64,000 bases of DNA, taken from the NCBI RefSeq assembly GCF_965219815.1, contig NZ_OZ244791.1:2092491-2156490 (forward strand), read 5' to 3'. The DNA comes from Candidatus Poriferisocius sp. Its GTDB lineage: Bacteria > Actinomycetota > Acidimicrobiia > Acidimicrobiales > Bin134. The position numbers and the translations under genes are program-made. The notes beneath the pieces were generated by a model. The model was not told the DNA's origin and did not search any database. It saw only the letters and a program-made list of their open reading frames with translations. This document shows positions 48,301-58,254 of this stretch, in pieces (position 1 is the first letter of the stretch; each line of letters begins with the position of its first letter).

Positions 48301-48893
48301 GCCAGAAACCCCGACTCAATTCGGGCCGTGCGAGGGCTCGGGCCGAGGATCTAGCGGCCAGGCTGGTTCGCCGCCGATTGGATCTAGACCAGGAGAGCGA
48401 CCTCCACAACAGCCCGCCCACCGTCGTCGGTGCGGCCATCATCGTCCCCCAAGGCCTCATCGACCATCTCCGAGGCATGCCGCCCGACCCCAAAGACACC
48501 GCCGACAAGATGGAGACCGACCGCCGAGCTGTTGCCGCCGTCCTCGAAGCCGAGCGGACCCTCGGCCGCATCCCCGAGGCCCAGTCTCACAGCAACCCCG
48601 GCTACGACGTGCTCTCCGTCGACCCCGATACCGGCACCCACTACTTCATCGAAGTCAAAGGCCATCTCCCCCGCACCACCGAAATCCACATCAGCGCCCA
48701 ACAGATCAGCAAAGCCAAATCCCTCCCCGACCGCTGGCGTCTAGCCATCGTCTCCGTCCCCGACGACCCCACCGAGCTCCCAACAGCCCACTACCTCATA
48801 GACCCCTTCACCGACTACACCCCCCACTTCGCCCAAACCGGCCTAGCCCTCAACGTCGCCGATCTCTTGGCCGTATCTGGCTCTCCGAGTTAA
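45348..48893 (+). CDS. SNF2-family helicase with C-terminal DUF3883 (restriction-endonuclease-like) domain
   Basis: Motif I DDPGAGKT, II VIVDEAHK, III LLLSATPHNG, V ATDAAGEGVNLQ, VI NPNRIEQRFGRIHRIGQ. C-terminus GYDVLSVDPDTGTHYFIEVKGH...RWRLAIV fits DUF3883. Confidence 0.85.
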   Translation: MAWMAALGFDDLTAGKRLSGVVADGDVTVVALDVHGTGSATLTYRSATGGLGERIITLDDLATIQEVSQQRWSFDADGAAFRLASEARRMKSAHLADPYAAVDTSNIEPYPHQIDAVYNRFLEQRPLKFLLADDPGAGKTIMSGLLIRELMLRGDVARCLIVAPGSLVEQWQDEMWDKFGLSFELMSRSAVEASRTGNPFLEKNLLVARVDQLSRAEDLIEKLKLADWDLVIVDEAHKMSAHLYGDELRKTKRFELGEVLRDQTRHFLLLSATPHNGKNEDFLAFMTLIDPERFAGRLRDDQMPETDDVMRRLVKENLCTFEGRRLFPERTAESVNFELSEPEAELYEAVTDYVRNGMDRANRMQEEGDRRRGIIFGFALAALQRRLASSPAAIYHSLRRRRDRLTNQAAELRRLSAGGKPVSVADLPRGVRFADLVDFDFDNFDDVELEELEDHVIDATTASSTAEELEAEVVELEELVKLAEAVRSSGEDTKWIQLRGLLRSDQFRAGNGEGSDEGSAPSGPRKLIVFSEHKDTLDYVADRIAAELGNPEAVAVIHGGIKRHDRRAIQDRFRVDPAVRVLVATDAAGEGVNLQVANMMVNYDLPWNPNRIEQRFGRIHRIGQQRPCRMWNLIAHETREGVVFTRLFEKIEQQRGVYGDQVYDVLGDSHINTSLQELLLKAITADDDPAHLEYMNEVIESDYGHHLVDVLKQRALVGDLADPAANDKIREDMERARARKLQPWFVHAFFSEALRRYGGRIVGREQGRFEITRIPAAIRSLADAALGPVHDRYERVTFDKACIQIDGGDRAELISPGTPLLTAVINKVLADHERTLSRGATLVDPEDRSTNPRLLVYLDHSVTDGREVHGHRQVVSRRFQYVEIDHQGNAKSAGNEPYIGYAPLGEEDRALLDGHLDLDWADHTAEETAKSWAIEHLSQPHFEEINRVTEARVDKVRAAVRERLEAEVRYWDLRAEELKAQELAGQKPRLNSGRARARAEDLAARLVRRRLDLDQESDLHNSPPTVVGAAIIVPQGLIDHLRGMPPDPKDTADKMETDRRAVAAVLEAERTLGRIPEAQSHSNPGYDVLSVDPDTGTHYFIEVKGHLPRTTEIHISAQQISKAKSLPDRWRLAIVSVPDDPTELPTAHYLIDPFTDYTPHFAQTGLALNVADLLAVSGSPS

Positions 48894-48994
48894 TGCGCGG
48901 AGTACCAATGGTGCATTCGTGATGGCATGAATACTTGCTACAAGAGTCAGTATGCGTGATACGGTAAAGACATCCCAAAGGAGGGGACCAGCTC

Positions 48995-49210
48995 ATGGCA
49001 GAGACACGCACAACCACTGTACGCCAGAGTGCTGAGCAGGCAGCCGAGCTAGATGCCGTCGCACGCGTCGATGGTGTCTCCGCATCGGAGGTCATCCGCT
49101 CAGCGATTTCTGAGCTCATTGAGAGACGTCGCCAAGACCCTGAATTTCAGGCCCGACTCCAGCGGATGATGGAGGAGGAGCGCGTCGTTCTTGAGAGGTT
49201 GGCTCAGTGA
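48995..49210 (+). CDS. ribbon-helix-helix (CopG-like) antitoxin
   Basis: 71 aa. SD AAAGGAGGGG lies upstream. The VSASEVIRSAISELIERR helix pattern is typical of RHH. Directly precedes Doc. Confidence 0.65.
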   Translation: MAETRTTTVRQSAEQAAELDAVARVDGVSASEVIRSAISELIERRRQDPEFQARLQRMMEEERVVLERLAQ

Positions 49211-49211
49211 T

Positions 49212-49640
49212 ATGACCGTTCAGTGCCTCGGCCTTGAAGATTTCCTGTTGATCGCAGAATCGGTCACGGGGACAGAGGTCGAGGCACTGGCGCGTCTACC
49301 TGGATTGCACAGGGCCGAGCATGCTCTCTCAGCTCCAACCGCAGGAATTGAAGGATTCGAATACTATCCGAGCTTTGCCGAGAAGGCGGCGGCGATGGCC
49401 TTTCAGCTAATCAAAGGTCATCCACTAGTCGATGGCAACAAACGCGTTGGGTATCTGTGTCTTATTGAATTTGCAAGGAGAAACGGATATGAGTGGGTGG
49501 CACCGCCAGATGATGGGCCAGATAGGAATGAGACAGTAAAGGTCATTGAGGGGGTTGCCGCAGGCTCAGTTAGCCGAGAAGAGCTAATCGACTGGATCGA
49601 GCAGCGACTAGTGGAACCGGAAGTTAGCCATGAAGGGTGA
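49212..49640 (+). CDS. doc: Fic/Doc family toxin (death-on-curing)
   Basis: Fic motif variant HPLVDGNKRVG. ATG at 49212 is 1 nt after the antitoxin stop. Confidence 0.8.
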   Translation: MTVQCLGLEDFLLIAESVTGTEVEALARLPGLHRAEHALSAPTAGIEGFEYYPSFAEKAAAMAFQLIKGHPLVDGNKRVGYLCLIEFARRNGYEWVAPPDDGPDRNETVKVIEGVAAGSVSREELIDWIEQRLVEPEVSHEG

Positions 49641-50595
49641 AATGACCCTTCCATGGGAAAGTGGTGAAAACCCTCGGGGTACGGCGGATCTAGAGTTGCC
49701 ACTAATCTATATCGCTTCACCGCTAACTCGTGCCAATGATTCGGATGAAGAACGCAGACTTGTGGGTTTTGAGGTAGACAAAATAGTTAATATAGTTCAA
49801 GATCCGCATTTCGATGGCGGGCCACTAAAATACCGAACCCATGCCCCAGCAGTTCTGAGTGCCCCTTGGATTAGCAACGCAAGTTCTTGGCAGATATTCC
49901 GAAAGAACACACTTTTGGTCCTAGCGGAAGCAGATGCTTTGATTGTATTGTCACTACAAGGAGGAAGTGCTGGAACTGGACAAGAAATCGAAATGGCAAC
50001 TCAACGTGGTCTGCCAATCTTGTACTTGGTACCTCAGGGGGATTCGATTAGTCGACAGATCGAGGGTAACCCACTTATTGATTGTCAAAAATATGATCAA
50101 CCTGACGAGTTGGATCAAGTGATCAGAGCCTTCATTAATCGGAACAAGTCCCAAATCGATCACGGCCCCACCAGGAGACGTAACGCCACCATTCTTTACT
50201 CTGCTCTGCAAGAGGAACTTCGCGAGAAATGGGTTACATTGAGCGGAGAAGGCCAGAATGAAATAACAGCTCAGCTTGGTCTGGAACCCGCCTATCTTGA
50301 TCATTACCTATCAAGTCCACTACTGGTTGCAACGATGGCGCACAATCAACTGCTTATGATCGGCATAGCACTAGGAGTCGATGTACCAGGATTCTTCACA
50401 ACTTTTACCAGAACTCTGTCGATGCAGGAGATAAGCGCCCTAGTGTCTGCCAAGGAGGAGTATGAATGGTCTGACGAACATTCGGAGAGATTACTTCAGC
50501 GTGCGGAACGACTGAAAGTTTCAGATGGAGTGCGAAGGCTTTTGCTAAACAGTCCAGCTGATTGGAAGCGGCTGAAGGAGACACTCGGATTGTGA
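49630..50595 (+). CDS. fusion protein: N-terminal SLOG/nucleoside 2-deoxyribosyltransferase-like Rossmannoid domain + C-terminal HTH (XRE-like) region
   Basis: IYIASPLT...EADALIVLSLQGGSAGTGQEIEMATQRGLPILYL matches the NDT/LOG-type GGxGTxxE signature. The C-terminal ITAQLGLEPAYLDHYLS looks like an HTH. Markedly AT-rich gene. Confidence 0.45.
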   Translation: MKGEMTLPWESGENPRGTADLELPLIYIASPLTRANDSDEERRLVGFEVDKIVNIVQDPHFDGGPLKYRTHAPAVLSAPWISNASSWQIFRKNTLLVLAEADALIVLSLQGGSAGTGQEIEMATQRGLPILYLVPQGDSISRQIEGNPLIDCQKYDQPDELDQVIRAFINRNKSQIDHGPTRRRNATILYSALQEELREKWVTLSGEGQNEITAQLGLEPAYLDHYLSSPLLVATMAHNQLLMIGIALGVDVPGFFTTFTRTLSMQEISALVSAKEEYEWSDEHSERLLQRAERLKVSDGVRRLLLNSPADWKRLKETLGL

Positions 50596-51308
50596 ATACT
50601 CTTGCTGAGAAGCTTGCAGCTAGGGTGTCCAAAGAATTTGGTCTCGGAGACCCTCCGATTGATGTGGAGAGGCTGGCATGTAAACTTGGTGTGGATAGTA
50701 TCAGCGACCGACCTCTGCTCGAAGATGGACGCTTGGAAAGGTACGAAGGTTCTACAAGTATTCTAGTGCGGTCAGATATCTCACCAAAGAGACGTCGTTT
50801 TACGATAGCTCATGAATTGGGACATCTCTTGTTGATGGCACCGAATTCTGAGTTCGTGGCAGCAAGGCATATTATTGGCAAAGATGTGGAAGAGAGATTT
50901 TGCGAAGATTTTGCTGGGGCGTTGTTATTACCTGCCTGGTGGGTCAAGGAGACTATCCACGATCGGCCCCGTACCCTTCACACACTGCGGGTTATCGCTG
51001 GTAGGTCAAATACATCGTTAGCTGCGTCTTGTGTGCGGATGAAGAAGATATCAGGGTGGCAGAGCACCCTATTGTGTTGGAATCGCCATGAGAGCAATTG
51101 GCACTTTCAATGGGCAGCAGGTCTGCCAAACGGCTTTGAAGGTAGAATTCGTTCTTCAGATCACACTTCTGCCATCTTGAATTCTCATGATATGAGTGGA
51201 GATGTCGACATAGAGTTGCCCCTTAGGATTAGTGGAACTGAGAAGAGGGTTCCGGCCCAGGTGTCTGTGCGTCATGGTTCGGCTATCGCCCTCGCGGTCC
51301 TCATCTAG
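50592..51308 (+). CDS. ImmA/IrrE-family zinc metallopeptidase
   Basis: HEXXH (TIAHELGHLLL) with downstream EERFCEDFAGALLLP typical of the ImmA/IrrE (COG2856) family. The GTG at 50592 overlaps the upstream TGA (GTGA); the alternative start at 50562 is also possible. Confidence 0.75.
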   Translation: MNTLAEKLAARVSKEFGLGDPPIDVERLACKLGVDSISDRPLLEDGRLERYEGSTSILVRSDISPKRRRFTIAHELGHLLLMAPNSEFVAARHIIGKDVEERFCEDFAGALLLPAWWVKETIHDRPRTLHTLRVIAGRSNTSLAASCVRMKKISGWQSTLLCWNRHESNWHFQWAAGLPNGFEGRIRSSDHTSAILNSHDMSGDVDIELPLRISGTEKRVPAQVSVRHGSAIALAVLI

Positions 51309-51585
51309 TTGCCGCCAACTCCTGAGCTGGCCTCAGAACCGTGCAGCAGTCGGCATGCTGACGGGGCAAAAGGAGGAGTTGGAGCAACTTCCACCCATGT
51401 AGTATCGGGCCGTCAGGCCGCCCTGTTTCGAGGTACCCGGGCACGGAAAGGGCGCAGCAAATCTGAACCGAAAAAATCGAGCCTTCGCGTGATTGTGGGG
51501 TTGGGGGTGGTTGAGGGTCCCTGAGTTGGGGTCGAGGCCCTGCTGGAGTTGGTGATGTTCATGTCGCCTATCCCAGAGGGCCCCG

Positions 51586-52579
51586 ATGAGTTCAGATGTT
51601 ATGCGGGTGCGGTTGCACTTGCGCCGGGTTCGCGTGCTGGCGGTGGTTTCGGACACGCCGTTGGAGTTGGTTGTGGAGGTGGAGTCGGCGGTGCGCCGGC
51701 CCCGGTGCCCGGGCTGCGGGGCCGCGTGCTCGGGGGTCCATGATGTGCGGGTCAAAGAGGTCCGCGACCTGGAGGTGTCGGGCCGGGCGGTGACGCTGTT
51801 GTGGAAGAGGCGCAGGCTGGTGTGCGGTGGATGCGACAGGCGGTTTGTGGAGGGCCACCCGGCGTTCGAGGGCCGCCTGACGGCCCGTCTGGCCCGCCGG
51901 CTGGTCGCTGATGCCAGGGCCATGCCGATCCGACAGGTGGCCCGCCGCCACGGCGTCGGCTGGCATCAGGTCAACGACTTGGTGCGGGCATGGGCCGGGG
52001 TGGTCGCCGAGCGGCGAAGAAGCCTGCGGTGCCGGGTGCTTTTGGTCGATGAGACCTCGATCCGCAAGCGCCACCGCTACGTGACCGTGATCGTCAACGC
52101 GGACACCGGCCAGACCCTGGCGATGGTCCCGCACCGCAGCACAGCCGCCCTGGCAGGGTTTTTGGCGCAGCAGGGGCACAAATGGTGCAAACAGGTCAAA
52201 GTCGTGGTCACCGACGGGTCCCCCGCCTACAAAGCGGCCATCGACGCCCGCTTGGGCCACGCCCGCCATGTCCTGGACCGGTTCCACGTCATCAGATGGT
52301 TCTCCTCGGGGCTTGTCGCGGTGCGCCGCGACGTCCAGCGCCGACAGCGCCAGGGAGGCAAACCGGCGTTCGATCCCGAGGTGTTCAAAGCCCGGTTCAT
52401 GCTGCTGCGCCGACAAGACGCCCTCACCACAGCAGACCAGGACCGCCTCGACGGCCTCTTCGAAGCCCACCCCCGCCTCCGCACCGCCTGGCAGGCGCTT
52501 CAACAGCTCCGGGGCATCTACGAAGCCCAAGACCACGACCAAGCCCTCGAAGCCCTCAACCGGCTCGGCGACCTCTACC
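51586..52579 (+). pseudogene. ISL3 transposase, N-terminal 331 codons (interrupted)
   Basis: Zn-finger CPGCG...CGGC, VLLVDETSIRKRHRYVTVIVN. The reading frame is broken at 52579 by the IS3 insertion. Confidence 0.8.
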
Positions 52580-52595
52580 TGAACCTCCCCGGGTT

Positions 52596-53839
<1,244 letters not shown>

Positions 53840-53889
53840 GGCTCCATCCTCCCAAGGAACAGAGCCTGCGCAATACCCGGGGAGGTTCA

Positions 53890-54095
53890 ACCTCACCGGA
53901 GAGATCCCCGAGTTCCACGACACCGTGAACGCCATCATCGAATGGTCCGACGAGATCCTCGACTGGCACCACACCGGCCAGCCCTCAAACGGCCGCATCG
54001 AGGGGACCAACAACCTCCTCCAAGTCCTAAGACGCACCGCCCACGGCTTCACCAACCCCGCCAACTTCCAAGCCAGAGGCCTACTGATAACATGA
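53890..54095 (+). pseudogene. ISL3 transposase, C-terminal 67 codons
   Basis: [18 protein letters not shown]...[27 protein letters not shown] continues the frame broken at 52579. Confidence 0.8.
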
Positions 54096-54193
54096 CCCCA
54101 CACCGACACCAGCAACCCCAAACCCACACTTTCGCGCAGTGAGGTTCTGAGGTTCCCCCCTTTTCGTGGAGACATGCTCTATAAGGAGGAGCT

Positions 54194-54478
54194 ATGTCCA
54201 GACCGCGAAGAGATTATGACCGGGAGTTCCGTGATGGGGCTGTCCGGATCGTCAAGGAGACCGGCCGGCCGGTGGCCCACGTCGCCCGGGAGCTCGGCGT
54301 CAACGAGGGCACGCTCGGGAATTGGGTGCGCCGGGACCGAGACGAGCGCTCGGGCGGGCTGAGCGGCGACGAGCGGGCCGAGCTGGCCCGGCTGCGCCGC
54401 CGGGTCGCCGAGCTGGAGATGGAGCGTGATGTGCTCAAACGATCCGTGGTCCTTTGGGTCAACGAGGCGACGCGGTGA
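54194..54478 (+). CDS. IS3-family transposase OrfA
   Basis: 94 aa, identical to 61709..61993. Confidence 0.85.
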   Translation: MSRPRRDYDREFRDGAVRIVKETGRPVAHVARELGVNEGTLGNWVRRDRDERSGGLSGDERAELARLRRRVAELEMERDVLKRSVVLWVNEATR

Positions 54479-55074
54479 CCGCAGGGTTCATCGCGGCCCA
54501 AAGGACCGACCACGGTGTGCCTCACTCTGTGGCTTGCAGAGCGCTGGGCGTGGCGGAATCCACGTTCTACAAGCACCTCGACCGGCCGCTGACCGATCGG
54601 CAGCGGCGTCGCCGGGCGCTGGACGCCGAGGTGAAAAAGGCGTTCGACGAATCGGACGGCACCTACGGGTCGCCCAGGGTGCGCGCCCGGCTGCGACGCG
54701 ATGGCCTGTCGGTGTCGAAGAAGACGGTGGAGGCCTCGATGGCCCGCCAGGGCCTGTGCGCCCGCCCCAAACGCAAAAAGGGCCTCACCAGCCCCGACAG
54801 CTCCCATGCGGCCCCCACAGACCTTCTGGGCCGCGACTTCAGCGCGACAGGGGTCAACCAGAAATGGTGCGGCGACTTCAAACAGGTTCCCACCGCCGAG
54901 GGCCCGGTGTTCCTCGCGACCGTCGAGGACCTCTACTCCAGGCGCATGGTCGGCTTCGCCACCTCCGACCGGTACCCGACCGCCGAGCTGGCCAAACAGG
55001 CCATCAACACCGCGGTCGCCACCAGAGGCGGCAACGTCAAAGGCGTCATCTTCCACTCGGACAAGGGATCGCAA
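54454..55074 (+). pseudogene. IS3-family OrfB, N-terminal part (broken by IS30)
   Basis: Identical to copy 2 up to ...[10 protein letters not shown], then runs into the IS30 inverted repeat. Confidence 0.85.
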
Positions 55075-56528
55075 GCCGGATTCAATCGGTCGTCGCAACA
55101 CCGGGTTGTTGAGCGCAGTGTAGGTGTTCGTTGAGGGTTTCGGCGGGTGTTTTCCAGCCGAGTACTTTGCGGGGTCTGTTGTTGAGCGTGGCGGCGACTG
55201 CTTCGATCTCTTCTGCTGACCATCGCGAGAGGTCGGTGCCCTTGGGGAAGTATTGGCGCAGCAGGCCGTTGGTGTTCTCGTTGGTTCCGCGCTGCCAGGG
55301 GCTCTTCGGGTCGGCGAAGTAGACGGGGATGTCGGTGGCGGCGGTGAACTCGGCGTGGGCGGAGAGCTCCTTGCCCCGGTCCCAGGTCAAAGAGCGTTGG
55401 ATCTGTTCGGGGAGGGTGGACATCGAGCGTGACAGTGCGTTCTTCATGGTGACCGCTCCGTAGCCGGCGAGGGCCGGCCCGTTCTTGGTTCTGGGCTGTT
55501 TGCCGTAGCCGGGCTCTCGTGGCAGGTGGATCAGCATCGTGAACCGGGTGGTGCGCTCGACGAGGGTGCCGATGGCGGAGCGCTTGAGGCCGATCACCAG
55601 GTCGCCTTCCCAGTGTCCGGGGACTGCCCGGTCGGCGGCCTCGGCGGGGCGTTCGCTGATCAACACGTCGTCGGTGACGTGGTCCCAGGCCCGGCGCCCC
55701 ACTCGGGCTCGGGGGACCCGCAGGGCGCGCCCGGTCCGCAGGCACGCGACCAGGTCGCGTTTGAGGGCGCCGCGGCCCTCGACGTAGAGAGCCTGATAGA
55801 TGGCTTCGTGGCTGATCCGCATGGACCCATCATGGGGGAAGTCGACCGGCAGGCGCCGTGCGATCTGCTCGGGGCTCCAGGCCTGCACCCAGCGCCGGTC
55901 GCCGCGGTGGGGCTTGTTCTTGCCGTTCCACTGAGGGCCCTCGGGGCCCAGCACCCGCCCATCGGGCGCCTGGACGCGCCCCGAGAGGCGGTCCTGCACA
56001 TAGCATCGGAGCCGGTCGTTGACAGCCAGCTTCGCAGGCTTGGGGCGACGGGCGCGGCGCTCGGCATGCCACTGGGCGATCGTCGCTTTGTACTCGAGCC
56101 GAAACGTCCTCGTCGACGCGTTCCGGCGCAACTCCCGCGAGACCGTCGACGCAGACCGGCCGAGCCTCCGGGCTATCTCACGCACCCCGGCGCCCTGAGC
56201 ACGCCACAAGGCGATCTCCTCTCGCTCGGCAAACGACAGATAGCGGCCCGACACCGCCGGGGGAAGGAAAGGGTTCACACCGCCAGCGTGCCGGAACCAC
56301 CGGTACCCGACCGGCGCCGACACCCCGGCCGAAGCCGCCGCGTCGCCAGTCTTTTCCCCACCGGCGACAGCCTCCCAAAACCTCACCCGATCCCGCCGCC
56401 ACGCCACCGTCGGCCGCCCCGGCGACGGAACCTGCCCCGATACAGCCGAACCTCCCGCTGCCGCTCCACCATCGTCACCATCAAACACCTCCATCGTCAA
56501 GGTGTTGCGACGACCGATTGAATCCGGC
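55075..56528 (-). mobile_element. IS30-family insertion sequence, 1,454 bp
   Basis: Perfect 28-bp terminal IRs GCCGGATTCAATCGGTCGTCGCAACACC. 3-bp target duplication CAA (55072-74 / 56529-31). Confidence 0.9.
55082..56494 (-). CDS. IS30-family transposase
   Basis: 470 aa from MEVFDGDD. HTH REIARRLGRSASTVSRELRRN, catalytic region PGHWEGDLV. The track ORF extends beyond the IS end and was trimmed. Confidence 0.85.
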   Translation of the reverse strand: MEVFDGDDGGAAAGGSAVSGQVPSPGRPTVAWRRDRVRFWEAVAGGEKTGDAAASAGVSAPVGYRWFRHAGGVNPFLPPAVSGRYLSFAEREEIALWRAQGAGVREIARRLGRSASTVSRELRRNASTRTFRLEYKATIAQWHAERRARRPKPAKLAVNDRLRCYVQDRLSGRVQAPDGRVLGPEGPQWNGKNKPHRGDRRWVQAWSPEQIARRLPVDFPHDGSMRISHEAIYQALYVEGRGALKRDLVACLRTGRALRVPRARVGRRAWDHVTDDVLISERPAEAADRAVPGHWEGDLVIGLKRSAIGTLVERTTRFTMLIHLPREPGYGKQPRTKNGPALAGYGAVTMKNALSRSMSTLPEQIQRSLTWDRGKELSAHAEFTAATDIPVYFADPKSPWQRGTNENTNGLLRQYFPKGTDLSRWSAEEIEAVAATLNNRPRKVLGWKTPAETLNEHLHCAQQPGVATTD

Positions 56529-56531
56529 CAA

Positions 56532-56828
56532 TACACCTCAGAAGCCTTCGCCGCCGCCTGCCGGCGGCTCGGCATCTCACGGTCCACCGGAAGAACCGGC
56601 AACGCGCTGGACAACGCGCCGGCCGAGTCGTTCTTCTCCACGCTCACCCACGAACTCATCTCACGCCGGGCCTGGACCACCAGAGCCCGGGCCCGACGAG
56701 AAATCACCCTATGGGTCCACACCTGGTACAACCAGCACCGCCTCCACTCCGCAATCGGAATGACCAGCCCCGTAGAATACGAACAGGCCCACAACCCCGA
56801 CCCTCAAAAACAAACTCTCCACGATTAG
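56532..56828 (+). pseudogene. IS3-family OrfB, C-terminal part
   Basis: [38 protein letters not shown]... continues OrfB after the IS30. Differs from copy 2 by a few substitutions (T versus Q in FSTL[T/Q]HE). Confidence 0.85.
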
Positions 56829-56858
56829 GGGGGAAGCTCAGTTCCCCCCGTTGTCCGG

Positions 56859-57765
56859 TCACTTGGTTTGTGCGGCTTGTTCTAGTGGTTGTCGGTGGTG
56901 GTCCTCCCATTCTGTGGGGGTGTGGTAGTCGAGGGTGGAGTGGATTCTGCGGGTGTTGTAGCGGCCGATCCAGGCGAAGATCTCGCGGCGGGCCTGGTTG
57001 CGGGTCGCGAAGCGGGTTTGTGTGACGAGCTCGCGTTTGAGGGATGCGAAGAACGACCCCCATATCATGCTCACAGTCCCAGCAGTTCCCGACTCGCCCG
57101 GCGGATTGGCGCATCTGGTGGCGGGCCAGCGCGGAGGCGTGTTGCCCCGAGAGGTATTGCGGGCCGCGGTCGGAGTGGAATATCACCCCGGCGGTGCGGT
57201 GGCCTCTGGACGCGGCGGCGGTGTCCAGGGCGTCGACGACGAGCTCTGAGCGGGCGTGGTCGGCCATGGAGTAGCCGATGAGCCTCCGCGAGCCGACGTC
57301 GAGCACGACGGCGAGGTGCAGCCAGCCCTGTCCGGTGGGGACATAGGTGATGTCGCTGGCCCACACCCGATCCGGCCGGCCGGGGCGGAACCGCCGGCGC
57401 ACCAGGTCCTCGGGCGCCGATCCGGAGGGGCCTGAGCCCTTGAGGCGGGGCTTGCGCCGCTTGTGGATGCCGCAGATGCCGTTGCGTCGCATGAGCCTCT
57501 CGACGCGCTTGCGGTTGGCCCTGCGGCCCTGCCGGCGCAGCTGTGCGGTGACCCCGGGCGACCCGTAGGCGCCGCCCGACTCGGCGTGGACGGCGCGTAT
57601 AGCGCCCACCAGCTCGGCGTCGGCCAGCTCCCTCGGGCTCGGGCCCGCCTTTTGGCGCACGGACCAGTCGTAGAACGCCTGGCGGCTCACACCGGCCGCA
57701 TCGCACGCTGGTTTCGTCGGGAACCCCTCGGCCCTCCGGGCAGCCACCCACAAATAGCGGGTCAC
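56859..57765 (-). pseudogene. IS3-family OrfB with internal frame break (near 57070)
   Basis: DDE core WASDITYV / HSDRGPQYLS is in one frame. The C-terminal SFFASLKRELV...YNTRRIHSTLDY is in another (track ORFs 56704..57966 and 56859..57074). Confidence 0.7.
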
Positions 57766-57778
57766 TCTCCCAACTCCT

Positions 57779-58078
57779 TCACCCAGAAGGCCGTCGCTCG
57801 CATGGCAGCTCACACTCCATCCGCAGCTTCGAGTTCTCCCGGCGCAACCGCACCAGCTCCGAGCGCTCCCCAGTCGCCAGACCCGGCCTGTCGCCCCGGT
57901 CGATGCGGGCCTGGCGCACCCAATTGCCCAAATTGGACTCGCCGATCCCCAGATCGCGCGCCACATGGGCCACCGGCCGGTCGCCGTCCAACACCAACGC
58001 CACAGCGTCAGCCTTGAACTCCTTGCTGAAACGCCGCCTGGTCCTGCCCGGCGGCCTGCCCCTTTCCATCAAAGACAT
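57779..58078 (-). pseudogene. IS3-family OrfA, probably frame-shifted near its 3' end
   Basis: RRFSKEFKADAVALV...LGNWVRQA...LRRENSKLRME is normal. The expected ...RATAFWVKE tail is readable only in another frame around 57790-57815. Confidence 0.55.
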
Positions 58079-58254
58079 AGTTACCCCCTAATCGAGGTGA
58101 CCGGCCAAAGGGGGGATACTCAAACGGGTATGGGTATACCAAAGCGTGGATTGACAAGCTCGTACGTCATCTAAGCGACCCAAGGAAGTACGAAGAGGTG
58201 GTCGGGTCCCCTCTAGCCCAGCAGTGATCTGTTTTCCTACGGGAGCCTGCCTTA

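Larger units (their letters stand above)
54148..56840 (+). mobile_element. IS3-family insertion sequence (type A, copy 1), interrupted by IS30
   Basis: Same ends as copy 2 (TGAGGTTCCCCCCTTTTC ... GATTAGGGGGGAAGCTCA). 1,236 bp after removing the IS30 and one CAA. Flanked by GTTC on both sides (54144-47 / 56841-44). Confidence 0.85.
56841..58122 (-). mobile_element. IS3-family insertion sequence (type 2), degenerate; its first 8 bp lie at 54140..54147
   Basis: The reconstructed left IR TGAG+GTTCCCCCCGTTGTCCGGTCAC matches the right IR (reverse complement TGAGTATCCCCCCTTTGGCCGGTCAC) at 22/26. The type A copy is inserted 8 bp inside this end. Confidence 0.7.

Noticed and set aside
51309-51524. 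71-aa ORF between the ImmA gene and the ISL3 element
   Set aside because: There is no motif and no SD. It straddles the inferred ISL3 end at 51483 and is probably non-coding flank.
54140-54160. Apparent tandem repeat TGAGGTTC-TGAGGTTC
   Set aside because: It is not a simple repeat. The first copy is the severed 8-bp tip of the decayed IS3 (type 2) inverted repeat, and the second is the start of the inserted IS3 type A, which has a similar terminus.
55082-56794. 570-aa version of the IS30 transposase ORF
   Set aside because: The first 100 codons lie outside the IS30 inverted repeat and are antisense to the IS3 OrfB C-terminus. The ORF was trimmed to the Met at 56494, inside the element.
56704-57966. 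420-aa ORF that looks like an intact transposase
   Set aside because: It is a chimeric read-through. Its N-terminal 100 aa is an out-of-frame translation of OrfA. Its C-terminal tail departs from the DDE domain after ...GRVGNCWD and runs out of the IS, while the true C-terminus is in another frame (56859..57074).
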